A DNA stretch of 64,000 nt, from the NCBI GenBank assembly GCA_044225365.1, contig JBGAIQ010000013.1, positions 64,001 to 128,000 of the forward strand, read 5' to 3'. Each line of letters opens with the position of its first letter. Within the stretch, counting starts at the first letter, position 1. The DNA is from Planctomycetota bacterium (GTDB taxonomy: Bacteria; Planctomycetota; B15-G4; JADJEK01). The notes beneath the pieces are model-generated. The model saw only the letters and a program-made list of their open reading frames with translations, had not been told where the DNA came from and did not search any database. The translations under genes and the position numbers were made by a program. This document shows positions 37,529-47,811 of the stretch, in pieces.

Positions 37529-38827
37529 TCAGGGAATCGTGACTTGGACGCCGTTGCTCGCCGACGCTCCGATGAAGAGCGCGCCGGGATCGATCACGAA
37601 CGCTTGCATCGTGAAGGACACGTTCGAGAGCGTGCCCGGAATGAAGGCGGGAATGGTGATCTGGCCGCCACCCGGTCCGCCGGCCGAGAGCGGAAGCGCG
37701 ACCGGTGAGCCGAGGATCGGGAAGATGCGCAGCAGGCAGCCGCCGCCGAGCGGGATCGCCGCCTGATTCAGGCCGAAGAAGAGCAGCGCGGTCGATCCGC
37801 CCAGACCCTTCGTGATCTCGAGCGTCACCGTGCCGTTCGGCTCGGGACAACCGTCGAGCGTGAGGTGCGGGATGAACAGCGCCGTGCCCTTGCAGCCCGT
37901 CCCGTACTCGACCGCCGAGCCGTTGCAGAACGGCCGCACGACATCGACGCTCGTCGCGAGGATGCCCTGGCCCGTCGCCTGACCGAAGAGAGTGGGGACG
38001 CCGCCGGCATTCGCGAGCCGGTACAACTTGTTCTGCCAGCCTCCGACGACGATGTCGCCGTTCTCGTCGACCGCGATCGAATTGCACGACTGGATCGAGT
38101 GTGCGACGCAGAGATCCGTGATCGCGCCGGTGGTGCGGTTCATCCGCACGATGCGGTCCGCCGTCAGGATGCTGACGAAGAGGTCGGTGGTGAACGGATC
38201 GAAGGTGATCCCCGTGCAGAACGCCGAGCCGCCCGACCAACCCGACGACAGCAGGGTGCCCACCGATTGGCCGTTCGGGATCCGATACAGCGAGTTGTTC
38301 GCGCCGACGAAAATGTCGCCCGTGTTGGGGTCGACCGCGCCGGCGTTGAGATCGGCGCCCCAGGGTTGCGCTCCGAGCGTCACCGCCGACTGCGCACCAT
38401 TCAGCGGGTTCACGCGCACGACCTGATCGCTCGTCGAGTCGATCACGACCAACAGGTGATTCGCGTCGAAGGAGAGCTGCGACACGATGCCGATCGAATT
38501 CGTGATGAGCGAATAGGTCGACGTGAACGGTCCCGTGATCGTGAGCCGCCCGATGAAGCCCTCACCGCCCAGGATGAACGTCGTGGGCTGCGTCGAGTCC
38601 CACAGGATCGAATTGACGTTCGTCGTCGACCCGAGGCCCGTGGTATTGACGAGCCCGTAGGGCGTCGTGTTGCCGGTGAGCGGATCGAACAATGTGATCT
38701 GATTCGGGTCGAGACTCGCCATGGCGATCGTGCCCGTCGCGAGCTGCGCCTGCGCGCTCTCGAGAGGCGCTACCGCGAGCGCAGCCAGGGTGGATACGGA
38801 AAGGGCGAGGACTCGGCGTGGACTCAT
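37529..38827 (-). CDS. Secreted beta-propeller (SMP-30/NHL-like) protein with conserved C-terminal domain
   Basis: Signal peptide ending AQA; repeats AVDPNTGDIFV, ITFDPFTTDLFV, IAVDENGDIVV; C-terminal YGTGCKG...SNGVQVTIP. Confidence 0.8.
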   Translation of the reverse strand: MSPRRVLALSVSTLAALAVAPLESAQAQLATGTIAMASLDPNQITLFDPLTGNTTPYGLVNTTGLGSTTNVNSILWDSTQPTTFILGGEGFIGRLTITGPFTSTYSLITNSIGIVSQLSFDANHLLVVIDSTSDQVVRVNPLNGAQSAVTLGAQPWGADLNAGAVDPNTGDIFVGANNSLYRIPNGQSVGTLLSSGWSGGSAFCTGITFDPFTTDLFVSILTADRIVRMNRTTGAITDLCVAHSIQSCNSIAVDENGDIVVGGWQNKLYRLANAGGVPTLFGQATGQGILATSVDVVRPFCNGSAVEYGTGCKGTALFIPHLTLDGCPEPNGTVTLEITKGLGGSTALLFFGLNQAAIPLGGGCLLRIFPILGSPVALPLSAGGPGGGQITIPAFIPGTLSNVSFTMQAFVIDPGALFIGASASNGVQVTIP

Positions 38828-39053
38828 GGGTGATTCCCGTTCGGCAGTGGGAGGCAGAGGCCAAGGATCGTAACCGAAGAGGAGGGGTTTGGCGAATGCA
38901 GCGATGAGCTCCTTCGAAAACGGGTCGCCGAGCACCTCGGACCACGAAACGAGCGACTTCGACCCCCGGCATTTCGTTCGTTATTAGGCCGCGAAAGACT
39001 CGACCCGGGCTTCGTTCCGACTTGGGCGTGTTCCTGGACTCGAGACGCCGGTC

Positions 39054-39080
39054 CTTGACACGACCAAGCTGCGTGTCAAG
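39054..39080. promoter_or_regulatory. Inverted-repeat operator candidate containing TTGACA
   Basis: CTTGACACG-N9-CGTGTCAAG between divergent genes for secreted proteins. Confidence 0.5.
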
Positions 39081-39250
39081 ATCCGGGTCGGCCTCGGGAA
39101 ACTCCGGTGCGCGAGATCATCGGAAACAACCGGCCGACCGGGTCTTCCTCGACCGAGACGACCTGCGCGACCGGAGGAAACCACCCCTACAACTTTGCGA
39201 TCTCTGACCACGGCAAGAAGATCATCGTCAAGTAGGTACGGAGCCGCGAG

Positions 39251-40942
39251 ATGCTTTGCCCTTCGATCATAATGAGCCTGGTCTTGTCGAATCCTGTGGG
39301 TGATACGAGCTTCGAACAAATCGTCCTGCCGGAGCCGATGAGCGTCGATTGGGCGGGATTTGGCGCGCGAGTTGCCCTTGGAGATACCGAAGGCGACGGT
39401 GACGTGGATCTTGCGGTTTCAATGCCCAACACTCTGGGTGTCGGCGGCGTGTGGATTCTCCACGGTCCTGACTACGCGGGTGCGACAAAGGTCGTCGTGC
39501 CCCCGGAGGTCGGTTATGGGGCTGGGTTCGGAATCTACTCCTTGCTGCTCGCCGACCTGAACCATGACGGCAAGTCAGATCTGATCACACACGATCTGGA
39601 CATTCTCGCCACCAAAGGCCGGAACTGGGTTCACTGGGCTCCAGCGTTCGCGACGTACGTGAAAGTGATGCCGCCGCACCAGTACGCGGGGATCGGCTTC
39701 GGCGAATTGGCGGCGGTTGGGGACGTCGACAACGACGGACTAACGGATCTCGTGATGGGCGCGAGCAACATTCCCCCGAACGGTGCATTGTACGTTTATC
39801 GGGCAACCACGGGATTCGACGCGCCTGCCAAGGTGCTCAAACCCGCGACCTCAGCGGCCTTTCAGGTCGAATGGGGTGAAGGTGTTTGTATCGGCGATTC
39901 GGATGGTGACGGGCTAGCGGATATTCTAACGAATCAGGTCACCGCCGGCTCACTCGATGAGCAGATGGCATGGATTCCGTCGCTGACACCGTCCAATGCC
40001 ACGATCCTTCACATTCCGGCAATGAATCCAGCGTGCCCGGTTTCGTATCACGCAAAGATGCTGTATCGCGACGTCAATAACGATGGCAAGAAGGACATCG
40101 TCGTGCGAGGCTTGTTCGCATACAATCCGGCGAACGGCCAGTTGATCAACGACGACGGCTCGATCCTCATCGACTACGGACCTAATTTCACGACGGGAAA
40201 GTGCATTCAGCAGGCGGTGCCCCAGAACGGTTCGGCGTTCGGAGTGAGCTTCGATCTCGGCGATGTCAACCGCGACGGATTCGTCGACATCGTCGGTGCC
40301 GCGCCTAGCTATCATTTGAGCGTTTTCGATCCTTACAGTACGACCTCGAAAGACGGCCGGGTGACGATCGTCTACGGCCCGGACTTCGTGACCAATCAAT
40401 CCTTCGACGCCGAGGTGCCGGGGGTGTACTTCGGTAACGACGTCGCGGTCGGAGATGCGGACAAAGATGGTTTCGACGACGTCTTCATCGGTGTGCCCGG
40501 CGCCGATGTCGTCGTTCTACTGCAGCACCGTTCGCTGCGAGCGCTGGGACCGTCGTCCGTCTCGGTCACGAGCGGGGGCAGCGTTTCGCTCAGCCTCGAG
40601 TGCGGGAAGCTCTCCGCGAACGAGAGCTACCTCGTGTTGTCGTCGTTCAGCGGATCGAGTCCCGGTCTCGACGTTCCCGCCGGCGGAAAGATGCTCCACG
40701 TTCCGCTCAACTTCGATGCGCTCACGCAGATCGGGCTGTCGTTCGCGAATACGCCCTACTTCGCGCAATTCCTCGGTCAGCTCGGCGTCGAGGGCAACGC
40801 CGTCTCCCAATTCACCATTCCGGCCGGCGCCCTCCCTCCGTCGCTGGTCGGTACGAAGTTCACCTTCGCAGGGCTCACCTTCGCCGGTGGCCAGCCGATC
40901 CGCTACGTCACGAACCCGGTCGACGTGGCCCTGACGCCCTGA
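39251..40942 (+). CDS. Secreted FG-GAP/VCBS (integrin-alpha-like) repeat protein
   Basis: GDxDxDGxxDL repeats (ADLNHDGKSDL, GDVDNDGLTDLVMGA, GDVNRDGFVDIVGAAP); start uncertain (39251 or 39272). Confidence 0.85.
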   Translation: MLCPSIIMSLVLSNPVGDTSFEQIVLPEPMSVDWAGFGARVALGDTEGDGDVDLAVSMPNTLGVGGVWILHGPDYAGATKVVVPPEVGYGAGFGIYSLLLADLNHDGKSDLITHDLDILATKGRNWVHWAPAFATYVKVMPPHQYAGIGFGELAAVGDVDNDGLTDLVMGASNIPPNGALYVYRATTGFDAPAKVLKPATSAAFQVEWGEGVCIGDSDGDGLADILTNQVTAGSLDEQMAWIPSLTPSNATILHIPAMNPACPVSYHAKMLYRDVNNDGKKDIVVRGLFAYNPANGQLINDDGSILIDYGPNFTTGKCIQQAVPQNGSAFGVSFDLGDVNRDGFVDIVGAAPSYHLSVFDPYSTTSKDGRVTIVYGPDFVTNQSFDAEVPGVYFGNDVAVGDADKDGFDDVFIGVPGADVVVLLQHRSLRALGPSSVSVTSGGSVSLSLECGKLSANESYLVLSSFSGSSPGLDVPAGGKMLHVPLNFDALTQIGLSFANTPYFAQFLGQLGVEGNAVSQFTIPAGALPPSLVGTKFTFAGLTFAGGQPIRYVTNPVDVALTP

Positions 40943-41165
40943 CACAGCGTCGAGTCTTCGCCGGCAGCAGTGCGACCCGCCATCCCCTGCCCCCAGCCGG
41001 TCGCAGGCTGTGGAAACGGGCCGCAATCGGATCGTACTCTCCCTCCGTCGCGAACGGCCGTCGCCTGTCGGTCTCCTCGATCGCCCTGTGTCCGAGTCGA
41101 CGCCGGTCCGCTACACTGGCCTGCCAAGGGCGCTCCGACCTGGAGGGCCGAAACCGCAGGACCGC

Positions 41166-42608
41166 TTGACGACCGAAACACCGACCCGCGTCTGCCTCGT
41201 CTCCCTCGGCTGTGCGAAGAACCTCGTCGATTCCGAGGTGATCGTCGGCCGCATCGCGAACGGTCCGTTCACGCTCCAGCGCGATCCGCTCGGCGCGGAC
41301 GTCGTGATCGTGAACACGTGCGGGTTCATCGACTCCGCGAAGGAAGAGTCGATCGACACGATCTGCGAGATGCTCGACATGAAGGCGCAGGGCGACGTGA
41401 AGGGCGTGGTCGTCGCGGGCTGCATGGTGCGTCGCTACGGCGGCGAGATGCAGCGCGAGCTGCCGGACGTGGACGCGTTCCTCGACATCTCCGACTACAG
41501 CGATGCGCCGCGGCTCCTGCGCGAGATTCGCGATCGCGCGTACGGCGACACCTCGCCCGCGCGGGCCGAAGCCGGATCCGAGTTGATTCGCCGCGACGAG
41601 ACGGGCGCGCCCATCCTCGGCGGCGGCAAGAAGACGGCGACGGTCGACCTCGGCCGCACGTTGCTCACGGCGCCGCACACGGCCTACCTCCGCGTGTCCG
41701 AAGGCTGCGATCGCAAGTGCGCCTTCTGCGCGATCCCACTCATTCGCGGGACACAGAAGAGCAAGCCGATCGACGTCCTGGTGGCGGAGGCGCGCGAGCT
41801 CGCGCGGCGGGGCGTAAAGGAGCTATCGCTCATCGGCGAGGAGACGACCGCCTACGGTTCCGACCTCGGGATGAAGTACGGCCTCGGCATCGTCGAACTC
41901 CTGCGCGCGCTGTCGACCGTGAAGGGCATTGCCTGGATTCGTCTGCAGTACGCGCATCCGGGATCGTTCCGTCCCGAGCTGATCGCCGAGATCCGCGACA
42001 ATCCCAAGGTCGCGAAGTACGTCGACATCCCGATCCAGCACGGCGACGAGGAGATCCTGAAGCGGATGAAGCGCGGAACGCCGCGCAAGAAGATCGAAGA
42101 GCTCTTCCTCGCTCTCCGCGAAGCGATGCCGGACATCGTGCTGCGGACGACGGTGCTCGTCGGCTTTCCCTACGAGACGGAGACTCGCTTCGAGAACCTG
42201 CTCGAGGTGCTACGCACGATTCGCTTCGATCGCCTCGGCTGCTTCACGTACTCGCGCGAGGAGGGCACGAGCAGTCATGAACTCGGATCGCGCGTTCCGT
42301 CGCGTGTCGCGGCCGAGCGGCGGCGCAAGGTGATGACGCTGCAGCGGAAGATCGCGCGCGAGCGCAATCAGCGGAAGGTCGGGCGCACCCTGCCCGTGCT
42401 CATCGATCTCGTCTCGGGCAAGGACGCCTACGGTCGCACCGAGGGCGACGCGCCGCAGGTCGACGGCGTGGTGCGCATTCGCGGCGCGGCCCACCTGAAG
42501 CCCGGTGAATTCGTCGACGTCACGATCGACAAGGTCGTCGGATACGACCTCGAGGGCGCGGTTGCGGAAGTGGCAGGAGCTTCCAAGATCCGAGGAGTCG
42601 GGCGTTGA
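41166..42608 (+). CDS. rimO: Ribosomal protein S12 methylthiotransferase
   Basis: SLGCAKNLVDSE, NTCGFIDSAKEES, radical SAM CDRKCAFC, TRAM domain; TTG start inferred. Confidence 0.95.
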   Translation: MTTETPTRVCLVSLGCAKNLVDSEVIVGRIANGPFTLQRDPLGADVVIVNTCGFIDSAKEESIDTICEMLDMKAQGDVKGVVVAGCMVRRYGGEMQRELPDVDAFLDISDYSDAPRLLREIRDRAYGDTSPARAEAGSELIRRDETGAPILGGGKKTATVDLGRTLLTAPHTAYLRVSEGCDRKCAFCAIPLIRGTQKSKPIDVLVAEARELARRGVKELSLIGEETTAYGSDLGMKYGLGIVELLRALSTVKGIAWIRLQYAHPGSFRPELIAEIRDNPKVAKYVDIPIQHGDEEILKRMKRGTPRKKIEELFLALREAMPDIVLRTTVLVGFPYETETRFENLLEVLRTIRFDRLGCFTYSREEGTSSHELGSRVPSRVAAERRRKVMTLQRKIARERNQRKVGRTLPVLIDLVSGKDAYGRTEGDAPQVDGVVRIRGAAHLKPGEFVDVTIDKVVGYDLEGAVAEVAGASKIRGVGR

Positions 42609-43204
42609 GTCTCGCGAACCGAATCACCGTCGGTCGCCTCTTCCTGTCGATCGGGCTCTTCGTACTTCTCGCGTATCTCGAAGTACCGGGACAGAAGGCG
42701 CTCCTGTGGCTCTCGGTCGCGATGATCACGTTCATCACGATCTGCGTCACCGACGCCCTCGATGGCTACTACGCGAGGAAGTACAACGAGACGTCGGACT
42801 TCGGCCGCGTCGCCGATCCCGCCGTCGACAAGGTTACCGTCGCCGGCACGCTGATCTTCCTCGCGGCGTCGGAGTGGGCGAGGCCCGTGCTCGCGCCGTG
42901 GATGGTGGTCGTCATCGTCGCGCGGGAGCTCACGATCAACAGCTTGCGCAGCTACGTCGAATCGCGCGGCATTCGCTTCGGCGCCGATTGGTCCGGGAAG
43001 TTCAAGATGATCCTGCAGAGCATCGCGATCCCTGCGGTGTTCTTCTTCAAGATCGTCGAGCTCGGATTGCCGAACCTCACGTGGGCGGTCGACGGCAGTC
43101 GGTGGTTCGGGATCGCGACGGTGTGGGCGGCGCTCCTGCTCACCGTGTATTCGGGCGCCGAATACATCCACAAGGCTTCGCGGCTGCTGAAGACGGTCGG
43201 ATGA
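42605..43204 (+). CDS. pgsA: CDP-diacylglycerol--glycerol-3-phosphate 3-phosphatidyltransferase
   Basis: ANRITVGR; CDP-alcohol motif TDALDGYYAR...SDFGRVADPAVDK. Confidence 0.9.
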   Translation: MSLANRITVGRLFLSIGLFVLLAYLEVPGQKALLWLSVAMITFITICVTDALDGYYARKYNETSDFGRVADPAVDKVTVAGTLIFLAASEWARPVLAPWMVVVIVARELTINSLRSYVESRGIRFGADWSGKFKMILQSIAIPAVFFFKIVELGLPNLTWAVDGSRWFGIATVWAALLLTVYSGAEYIHKASRLLKTVG

Positions 43205-43713
43205 CGGGCGACAAGAAGCTCGAGATCCGATCGCGCCGCGACGGGATCGCGGTGTTCCTCGCATCGGGCTTCGGTTCGGGGCTCCTCCCATCGGCGCCGG
43301 GGACGTGGGGGACGGTCGTCGCGCTCGCCATCGTTCACCTGTTGAGCCGAACGGCGCTGCCCGCGTTGCCGACGATCGCCGGACTCGTCGTCGTCTCGAC
43401 CGTCCTCTGCCTGCTGCTCGGGCGCACGATCGAGCGCGTGACGGGTGACAAGGACCCGCAGATCTTCGTCATGGACGAGTTCGCGGGCTTCTTCGTGGCC
43501 GTGCTCCTGCCGGGCAACGTGTGGCCCACCCCCCGAGAATTGCTTGTGGCGTTCCTGCTGTTCCGACTCTTCGATATCATCAAGCCACCTCCGGCTCGCC
43601 GATTGCAAGCGTTGCCGAGCGGGCTCGGAATCGTGATCGATGATCTGATCGCCGGATTCTATGCCTGGGTCGGGGTTGCCGTGGTTCACGACCTGCACCT
43701 GCATCCACTCTGA
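43201..43713 (+). CDS. pgpA: Phosphatidylglycerophosphatase A
   Basis: GFGSGLLPSAPGTWG, KDPQIFVMDEFAG, FRLFDIIKP, GIVIDDLIAG. Confidence 0.92.
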   Translation: MTGDKKLEIRSRRDGIAVFLASGFGSGLLPSAPGTWGTVVALAIVHLLSRTALPALPTIAGLVVVSTVLCLLLGRTIERVTGDKDPQIFVMDEFAGFFVAVLLPGNVWPTPRELLVAFLLFRLFDIIKPPPARRLQALPSGLGIVIDDLIAGFYAWVGVAVVHDLHLHPL

Positions 43714-43754
43714 TCGCGTCCGTAGTTCGAAACGCAAGTGAACGGACAGGAACG

Positions 43755-45551
43755 ATGAAAGAACCTGAGAAGCGACGCCCCGGGGATACGACGGTGATCG
43801 CGGGCCGCAACGACGCCAAGGCGCAGAAGACGTCGGCCACGCAGATCCTGTCGGCGGCGGAAGCGCGCGCGGCACGCCGCAGCGGCAAGCGGCAAGGCGA
43901 TTCGTCGGTGATGTTCACCGACGACCGCATCCGGCGTCAGGGTCTCGGCGTCTCGCTCAAGTTCGCGCTCGCCATCAGCGGTGTCATCGCGGTCTTCATG
44001 CTGCTCTTCATCTCGATCGTCAGCAGCGACATGCAGGACGCGATGAACGAGGAGATCGACATCGCCGGCGTCAACGCCGCGCGCGCTCTCGCCCTCCCGG
44101 ACTACATCACGTGGAGCCCGTACCATCGCGCCTACGGCGGAACGGACCTCGCTCGCTTCGAAGAAGAGTACATGAAGGGTGAGTCGAAACCGGCCGAGAG
44201 CAAACTCGGAAAGGCCGAGCAGGAGACGGCGCAGAAGCGCATCGCGGCCAACAAGAAGCGGCTCGAGCGCATCCTGTCGAAGAACCAGTCCGAATCGCTC
44301 ATCCTGAACGCGCTCATCTACAACGCCGATCGCACGAAGTACCAACTCCAGGCCGGAAGCGAGCAACTCCTCGAATTCGTCGGCACGACGCAGCCCGAGC
44401 GCGACGGCGTAAAGGTCGAGTACGGGCGCTTCCGCAAGATCGGCGGCGACGAGAATCGCGCCCGCCAGTACAGCGCGCCGATCGAGAACGAGAACGGGAT
44501 CATCGACGGGTGGGCGACGGTCATCCTTTCCGAGCAGTCGATCGAGAAGAAGATCTCCGAGCTGCGCACGCATCTCGCGGCGCTCGCACTCGGCTTCATC
44601 CTGCTCGGCATCGGCGTCGCGTTCTTCATGGGCAACATGATCACGAAGCCGATCATCGACCTCACTCGCGACGTCGAGATCATCGCGAAGGGCGATCTCG
44701 AGCATCATCCGAAGGTCACGACTCGCGACGAGATCGGCGTGCTCGGCCGCACGATCGAACGGATGGCGAAGAGCCTGCACGAAGCGCAGGGCCATCAGAT
44801 CGAGCATGCGAAGCAGAAGCACCAGTTGCAGGTCGCGCTCGAGATCCAGGCCAACCTGTTCCCGAAGAACCTCCCCGCGATCCCCGGCTACGACGTCGCA
44901 TCGCATTACCAGGCGGGGCCCGAAGTCGGCGGCGACTACTACGACGTCATCGTGTTGCCCGATGGGCGCTGGCTGATGATGGTGGCGTCGGCGTCCGGCA
45001 AGGGCATTCCCGCCGCGATGCTCACGACGATGGCGCGTTCGTTCATCACCGCGCTCGCCGAACGCGAGAAGTCGCCGCAGGAACTGCTGAAGGTCGTCAA
45101 TCGACTCCTCTCGCCGGACCTCCGGCGCGGCATGTACGTGACCGCTTTGCTCTGTCTCCTCGATCCGCGCACGGGCAAGCTGACGGTGGCGAATGCCGGA
45201 CACAATCCGCTCATCGTGTTCTCGGGAGAGAGCCGGAAGGCGAAGTCGATCCACAGCGACGGCATCGCTCTCGGTTTCGACAAGGGCCCGGTGTTCGAGC
45301 GGACGCTGCGCGAAGTCGAACTCGAACTGAAAGCGGGCGACCGGATCGTGCTGTGCACGCCCGGCCTCTTCGGCATCAAGGATTCGGGCGGGAACGAACT
45401 CGGCGAGCAGCGCTTCTATCAGCTCGTCGAACGCGAGGGCGCCAAGGACAGCGGCGCGTTCGTGAAGCTCGTCGCGCACACGCTCGAGCGTTTCGCCGAC
45501 AACGGATGGATGGAGACGGACGTCACGTTCGTCACCCTGCAGCGCACCTGA
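43755..45551 (+). CDS. Membrane HAMP-SpoIIE/RsbU (PP2C) domain protein, probably catalytically degenerate
   Basis: Two TM helices, HAMP (RDEIGVLGRTIERM), EVGGDYYD, NAGHNP; metal-binding Asp residues substituted. Confidence 0.85.
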   Translation: MKEPEKRRPGDTTVIAGRNDAKAQKTSATQILSAAEARAARRSGKRQGDSSVMFTDDRIRRQGLGVSLKFALAISGVIAVFMLLFISIVSSDMQDAMNEEIDIAGVNAARALALPDYITWSPYHRAYGGTDLARFEEEYMKGESKPAESKLGKAEQETAQKRIAANKKRLERILSKNQSESLILNALIYNADRTKYQLQAGSEQLLEFVGTTQPERDGVKVEYGRFRKIGGDENRARQYSAPIENENGIIDGWATVILSEQSIEKKISELRTHLAALALGFILLGIGVAFFMGNMITKPIIDLTRDVEIIAKGDLEHHPKVTTRDEIGVLGRTIERMAKSLHEAQGHQIEHAKQKHQLQVALEIQANLFPKNLPAIPGYDVASHYQAGPEVGGDYYDVIVLPDGRWLMMVASASGKGIPAAMLTTMARSFITALAEREKSPQELLKVVNRLLSPDLRRGMYVTALLCLLDPRTGKLTVANAGHNPLIVFSGESRKAKSIHSDGIALGFDKGPVFERTLREVELELKAGDRIVLCTPGLFGIKDSGGNELGEQRFYQLVEREGAKDSGAFVKLVAHTLERFADNGWMETDVTFVTLQRT

Positions 45552-45617
45552 CCTCCGGAAACCGGGGTCGACGACGCGCATCCGACGGACTCGCCCGATC
45601 CTCTTCGCGGGGTCTTC

Positions 45618-47600
45618 ATGAATCCGTCGCTCGCGTCGCAATCCACGTCGTCCATCGATCCGCTTCGTGAATGGCTCGAGGCCGACGGGCTCGGCGGGTT
45701 CGCTTCGGGAACGATGTCGCGACTTCGCACGCGTCGTTATCACGGACTGCTGCTCGTCGCGACGAAACCGCCCGCGGGTCGCGTGATGCTGGTGAACGAC
45801 GTCGAGGCCTGGATCGAGACGGCGAACGGAAGAACGGCGCTGTCGTCGTCGGCCTACCACCCGGATGTCGTGCATCCCGACGGTCGCGATCGCATCGTCG
45901 CATTCGATCCACAACCGTGGCCGACATGGAGCTTTCGCGTCGCGGACGGCGTCTTCGTGCGGCACGAGTTGTTCGCCGTGGCCGGCAGCGCGATCGTCGC
46001 GATGCGCTGGTCGCTCGTCGGCGAGGCGAAGGGCGCAAGGCTCATTGTGCGTCCCCTACTCTCGGGTCGCGACTTCCACGCAACGCATCACGAGAATCCG
46101 AACTTCGATTTCACGGCCACTGCGATCGACCACGGCGTAGCCGTGAGGCCGTATCGCGATCTGCCGGCGGTGAAGATGCGCGGGAACGGCGCGTATCGCC
46201 ACGCGCCCGAGTGGTATCGGAACTATCGCTACGACGTCGAGCGCGAGCGCGGTCTCGAGGATCGCGAGGACCTCGGCTCGCCGGGCGAGTTCGTGTTCGA
46301 GATCGACTCCGCGCCGGCGGTGATGATCCTCGAGGCGGCGAGCGACGGGATCGATCCGCGATCACCCGGGCTCGAGCCGCGGGGCCGATTCGCCCCGCTC
46401 GCACATTTCGCCCGACTCGAACGAATCGAGCGAGAGCGGCGGGAGCGGCTCGGTGGTCCGCTCGAGCGTGCGGCGGACGCGTACGTGGTGCGCAGGGGCG
46501 GGGGCCGGACGATCATCGCGGGATATCCGTGGTTCGGCGATTGGGGCCGCGACACCTTCATCGCGTTGCGCGGACTCTGCCTCGCGACGGGCCGCTTCGA
46601 CGAAGCGCGCGCGATGCTCGTCGAATGGGCGGGAGTCGTCTCGCAGGGGATGTTGCCAAATCGCTTCCCCGATGGCGGCGAGGCGCCCGAGTACAACTCG
46701 GTCGATGCATCCTTGTGGTACGTCGTCGCGGCCGGGCATTTCCTCGATCTCGCGGGCAAGACGTTGTCGAAGCCCGACCGTGCCCGAATCGGCGGCGCGA
46801 TCGAGTCGATCCTCGAGGGCTACGCGCGGGGGACGCGATTCGGAATTCGAATGGACGTGGACGGGCTGCTCGCCTGCGGCGAAGTCGGCGTCGATGGCAC
46901 GGCCACGACGCAGTTGACGTGGATGGATGCGAAGGTCGGCGATCACGTGATGACGCCGCGCGTCGGCAAGCCGGTCGAGATCCAGGCGCTATGGGTCAAC
47001 GCGTTGACGATCGGCGCGCGTTTCGACCAGAAGTTCGCCGCGACGGCGGAGCGCGCGACGGTGGCGTCCGCCGAACGGTTCTGGAACGAGAGCGCGGGCT
47101 GCCTCTACGACGTCGTCGACGTGGATCATCGGCCCGGCGCGGTCGATGCCTCGTTGCGTCCGAATCAATTGCTCGCGGTCGGCGGGCTTCCCGTCGCATG
47201 GCTCGTCGGCGAACGGGCGCGAAGGGTCGTCGACGTCGTACTCGAGCGATTGATGACGCCGCTCGGTCCTCGCTCGCTCGATGCGCGCGACCCCCGATAC
47301 GCCGGGCGTTACGAGGGCGGCCCCGCGCATCGGGATTCGATCTACCACCAAGGGCCCGTCTGGCCGTGGCTGCTCGGCGGATTCGTCGACGCCTTTGTGC
47401 GCGTCCGAGGCGGCGATCGCGCCGCGCGCGATGAAGCGCAGGCGCGATTCATCGGTCCGCTGCGCGATTGGATGCGAAAGCACGGCGCCTCGCATCTTCC
47501 CGAGATCACCGACGGCGACTCCCCGCACATCGCCCGGGGCTGCCCCTTCCAGGCCTGGTCGCTCGGCGAACTGCTGTGGGCGGAGCAACAGCTGCGCTGA
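45618..47600 (+). CDS. Glycogen debranching enzyme (amylo-alpha-1,6-glucosidase, GDE_N + GDE_C)
   Basis: EWLEADGLGGFASGT, RTRRYHGLL, IAGYPWFGDWGRDTFI, LTWMDAK, GCPFQAWS. Confidence 0.95.
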   Translation: MNPSLASQSTSSIDPLREWLEADGLGGFASGTMSRLRTRRYHGLLLVATKPPAGRVMLVNDVEAWIETANGRTALSSSAYHPDVVHPDGRDRIVAFDPQPWPTWSFRVADGVFVRHELFAVAGSAIVAMRWSLVGEAKGARLIVRPLLSGRDFHATHHENPNFDFTATAIDHGVAVRPYRDLPAVKMRGNGAYRHAPEWYRNYRYDVERERGLEDREDLGSPGEFVFEIDSAPAVMILEAASDGIDPRSPGLEPRGRFAPLAHFARLERIERERRERLGGPLERAADAYVVRRGGGRTIIAGYPWFGDWGRDTFIALRGLCLATGRFDEARAMLVEWAGVVSQGMLPNRFPDGGEAPEYNSVDASLWYVVAAGHFLDLAGKTLSKPDRARIGGAIESILEGYARGTRFGIRMDVDGLLACGEVGVDGTATTQLTWMDAKVGDHVMTPRVGKPVEIQALWVNALTIGARFDQKFAATAERATVASAERFWNESAGCLYDVVDVDHRPGAVDASLRPNQLLAVGGLPVAWLVGERARRVVDVVLERLMTPLGPRSLDARDPRYAGRYEGGPAHRDSIYHQGPVWPWLLGGFVDAFVRVRGGDRAARDEAQARFIGPLRDWMRKHGASHLPEITDGDSPHIARGCPFQAWSLGELLWAEQQLR

Positions 47601-47605
47601 CGGCC

Positions 47606-47809
47606 GGCGGAGACGGATCGCAGCCGCCGCCACCGCGGCGGAGACGGATCGCAGCCACCGCCGCCGCGGCGGATACGGATCGCAGCCGCCGCCGCCGCGG
47701 CGGAGACGGATCGGAGCCACCGCCGCCGCGGCGGATACGGATCGCAGCCACCGCCGCCGCGTCCGCCGCCGCCAAAACGGCGGGGACGGACCGCGTCCAC
47801 CGCCGCCGA
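47606..47809. repeat. Intergenic 31-bp tandem repeat (5 contiguous units plus 1 degenerate unit)
   Basis: GGCGGA(G/T)ACGGATCG(C/G)AGCC(G/A)CCGCC(G/A)CCGC x5 at 47606-47760; degenerate unit at 47779-47809. Confidence 0.9.
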
Positions 47810-47811
47810 CT

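Noticed and set aside
47606-47809. 31-bp repeats as a CRISPR array
   Set aside because: The units are contiguous with no unique spacers, and no cas genes are present.
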